DNA of 37,745 bases from a virus. Lineage: Duplodnaviria > Heunggongvirae > Uroviricota > Caudoviricetes. The position numbers and the translations under genes are program-made. Each line of letters begins with the position of its first letter. Within the stretch, counting starts at the first letter, position 1. The notes under the pieces are model-generated. The model was not told where the DNA came from and did no database searches. It saw only the letters and a list, made by a program, of their open reading frames with translations. Location: the IMG/VR virus record IMGVR_UViG_2541047874_000005, one strand, 5' to 3'. This document shows, piece after piece, positions 35,787 to 37,745 of the stretch.

Positions 35787-36358
35787 TGAATAACTTAATG
35801 ATCGACCTTGAGACGATGGGGAAAAATAAGGATGCACCGATCGTTTCCATTGGCGCGGTGTTCTTCACTCCAGAAACCGGAGACATCGGACAAGAATTCT
35901 ATACGGTTGTTAGCCTAGAAAGTGCTATGGGGCAAGGAGCTACACCTGACGGCGATACCATCCTGTGGTGGTTGAAACAGAGCTCTGAAGCACGAGCTGC
36001 AATCTGTATTGATGATACTTTGTCGATCAGCGATGCACTCTCTGAACTGAGCCATTTCATTAATCAGCATGCAGACAATACAAAATATTTAAAAGTCTGG
36101 GGTAACGGGGCCACCTTCGACAACGTAATTTTACGTGGAGCTTACGAGCGAGCAGGACAAATCTGCCCGTGGGCGTACTGGAATGACCACGATGTACGCA
36201 CGATCGTTACGCTTGGGCGTTCCATCGGATTCGACCCAAAAATGGACATGCCTTTCGATGGAGAACGGCACAACGCCCTGGCTGATGCCCGTCATCAGGC
36301 AAAATATGTTTCCGCTATCTGGCAGAAACTAATTCCTGCCACCAGCACAGAATTATGA
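35786..36358 (+). CDS. DEDD-family 3'-5' exonuclease (DnaQ-like)
   Basis: 190 aa; MIDLETMG (Exo I D-x-E), WGNGATFDNVIL (Exo II), HNALADARH (Exo III, DEDDh). Confidence 0.75.
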   Translation: MNNLMIDLETMGKNKDAPIVSIGAVFFTPETGDIGQEFYTVVSLESAMGQGATPDGDTILWWLKQSSEARAAICIDDTLSISDALSELSHFINQHADNTKYLKVWGNGATFDNVILRGAYERAGQICPWAYWNDHDVRTIVTLGRSIGFDPKMDMPFDGERHNALADARHQAKYVSAIWQKLIPATSTEL

Positions 36359-36394
36359 TTTTCCCGGGTGCAGCCGGTTTTGATGGAGAAAATT

Positions 36395-36667
36395 ATGAAC
36401 ACCTTGTTTTTACTGATGGCTGAATTCAATACCCCAAACATTGAACTCTCAGCAGTTAGTCAAAAATACTTTGGTATGAGTCCAGCCACAGCAGAAGCAA
36501 AAGCAAACGCTTGTAAGTTGCCTGTACCTACATATCGCATCGGTACATCACAAAAAGCAAAACGCTGCATCAACATTCAGGATCTTGCGGAATATATTGA
36601 CAAAAGACGGGAAGAAGGGCGAGCTGAGTGGGAAAAAGTCAGAACGGAAAAACAAAAATATAACTAA
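36395..36667 (+). CDS. Excisionase-like / PrtN-family DNA-binding protein
   Basis: About 90 aa from ATG at 36395 (GGAG RBS); LPVPTYRIG...INIQDLAEYIDKRREE matches PrtN/Xis-like winged-helix proteins; last gene of the early-left operon. Confidence 0.55.
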   Translation: MNTLFLLMAEFNTPNIELSAVSQKYFGMSPATAEAKANACKLPVPTYRIGTSQKAKRCINIQDLAEYIDKRREEGRAEWEKVRTEKQKYN

Positions 36668-36683
36668 ACTAAAACTATGGATA

Positions 36684-36709
36684 ACCCGTATATGTACGGG
36701 TTATTTTTC
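36684..36709 (+). terminator. Terminator after the xis-like gene (overlaps the convergent gene's stop)
   Basis: ACCCGTA-tatg-TACGGGT hairpin followed by TATTTTT. Confidence 0.55.
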
Positions 36710-37249
36710 TTTATCACTATCTTTTCTTGATTTGAACAATCCACTAACAACGAAACCAACCAAACCAACAATACTAATTGTACTTGTACCTAGTAATGCA
36801 ACGATCGCTTCAACTGGAGGCTTTCCTTCATGTGCAATAAGAAACGATGTAAACATTGCGACAACGAATAAGCACCAACACGACATAAACCAAACCGTGA
36901 ATGAGGCCATTTTTGTCCGAAGCTCATTGTCTATTTCTTTACCAGTTGCGTCAGCTATCTTATCCCGTACTTGTGATTTGAGCATATCAAGCTGAGCTTG
37001 AAGACTGTCCATTCTGTTCTGCTGCATAAACTCATGCAATGCACCAGTATTAGAACCAAACTCTTCTGCCTCCAGAATAGCTTTATTTTCTGAAGAAGAA
37101 TCATCGTCGCTCTCATGATTAGACGGCTCAAATGCAGATTTAAAAATCTGTTCTTGACTGTCAGTAGAGTTTAAGGATGCTTCAGAGCGACCATTTTCAA
37201 CACCTGCGGCCGCTCCGATAAGTTTATAGATATCTGAATTGTGAGACAT
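36701..37249 (-). CDS. Small membrane protein, candidate toxin/effector partner of the Panacea protein
   Basis: 182 aa; acidic Ser-rich N-terminal region, helical middle, two C-terminal TM helices; AT-rich; 22 nt after the Panacea gene. Confidence 0.6.
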   Translation of the reverse strand: MSHNSDIYKLIGAAAGVENGRSEASLNSTDSQEQIFKSAFEPSNHESDDDSSSENKAILEAEEFGSNTGALHEFMQQNRMDSLQAQLDMLKSQVRDKIADATGKEIDNELRTKMASFTVWFMSCWCLFVVAMFTSFLIAHEGKPPVEAIVALLGTSTISIVGLVGFVVSGLFKSRKDSDKEK

Positions 37250-37271
37250 GTCATCCCTGAATATTACTTTT

Positions 37272-37745
37272 TCAGAGGCCCTGACATTGCTGTCGGTTAT
37301 TCAATAAATCATGATAATAAGCCTTGATCGCATCATTTGAGATGATTGACGAGCCAATACCATTATAAGCTTGTGACCAAGGCGTACCAGGCATATGAGT
37401 TAGAGTTGATAACTCAATTCCATTTTTCGAGCCGTAAAATTTATAAACAGCCCCTATAATGCTCTCTGCTTGTGGATCCATAGTAACAATGCCACCAAAA
37501 GGAGCTACTGCTACATTCGTAACAGGTTTATTCCCATAATCTTTGAAAGCATCGTACATTCCAGGAATAACTGGACCGTACTTCCACGCGGAGACACATT
37601 CATTGAGCAAAGGCTTACCTGTTAATGCTAAATAGTAACCATGTGCAATATAAGTAAGCTTCTGCAGTTGCATGTGGGTCAGAGGATTATGATGTTGGTT
37701 TCCCAACGTTATGAATTTATTGGCTATTTGTACCGGGCTGTACAT
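37272..37745 (-). CDS. Panacea-domain (DUF4065) protein, putative PanA-type antitoxin
   Basis: 157 aa; PLTHMQLQKLTYIAHGYYLALTGKPLL...AWKYGPVIPGMYDAFKDYG matches my recollection of the Panacea hallmark; ATG coincides with the window edge, so the true start and upstream region are unverified. Confidence 0.7.
   Translation of the reverse strand: MYSPVQIANKFITLGNQHHNPLTHMQLQKLTYIAHGYYLALTGKPLLNECVSAWKYGPVIPGMYDAFKDYGNKPVTNVAVAPFGGIVTMDPQAESIIGAVYKFYGSKNGIELSTLTHMPGTPWSQAYNGIGSSIISNDAIKAYYHDLLNNRQQCQGL

Larger units (their letters stand above)
1..37745. mobile_element. Temperate phage / prophage segment (lambdoid regulation and lysis, HK97-type head, Mu-type contractile tail); integrase and att ends not in window
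   Basis: Contiguous, syntenic phage modules recognised from ORF translations: cI/cro, Q, holin-endolysin-spanins, TerS/TerL, portal, protease, capsid, sheath/tube/TMP/baseplate, tail fibre. Confidence 0.9.

Noticed and set aside
1-37745. Insertion sequences / transposases / integrase
   Set aside because: No transposase- or integrase-like ORF and no terminal inverted repeats were found; the integrase is presumably beyond the right edge.

Overview
This window is a 37.7 kb segment of a mosaic temperate phage (prophage) of the E. coli/Shigella type; it does not reach the integrase or att ends. All calls come from reading the supplied six-frame ORFs and the DNA by eye, with no database searches run; coordinates of non-ORF features are hand-counted and may be off by a base or two. 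Layout, left to right: (1) a dinI-like gene on the + strand behind two LexA (SOS) boxes; (2) a long minus-strand late operon running right to left from about 24.3 kb to 0.4 kb: Q antiterminator, PR'/tR', lysis cassette (holins, GH19 endolysin, overlapped Rz/Rz1), a moron, HNH endonuclease, cos-type packaging (P27-family TerS, TerL), HK97-type portal/protease/capsid, head-tail connectors, then a Mu-type contractile tail (sheath, tube, frameshifted chaperone, tape measure, gpN/P/45/46/47/48-like baseplate) and a 951-aa tail fibre with a C-terminal S74-like chaperone domain; (3) a minus-strand early-right operon (cro-like, CII-like, replication protein with internal iteron-like repeats, PerC-like, Dam methyltransferase, LexA DNA-binding-domain-only protein, RusA, KilA-N, DUF968-like, Q); (4) a cI-type S24 repressor on the + strand followed by a PL-like promoter with a perfect palindromic operator, about 450 nt with no credible ORF ending in a DicF-like hairpin, and an early-left operon (yfdP/Q/R/S-like, DEDD exonuclease, Xis-like); (5) an AT-rich cargo pair at the right edge: Panacea-domain protein plus a small membrane protein. 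The strongest candidates for an undescribed system are the Panacea/membrane-protein pair, the AT-rich secreted-protein moron inside the tail module, the LexA-DBD-only protein, and the noncoding leader after the PL-like promoter. No tRNA, rRNA, CRISPR array or transposase was seen.
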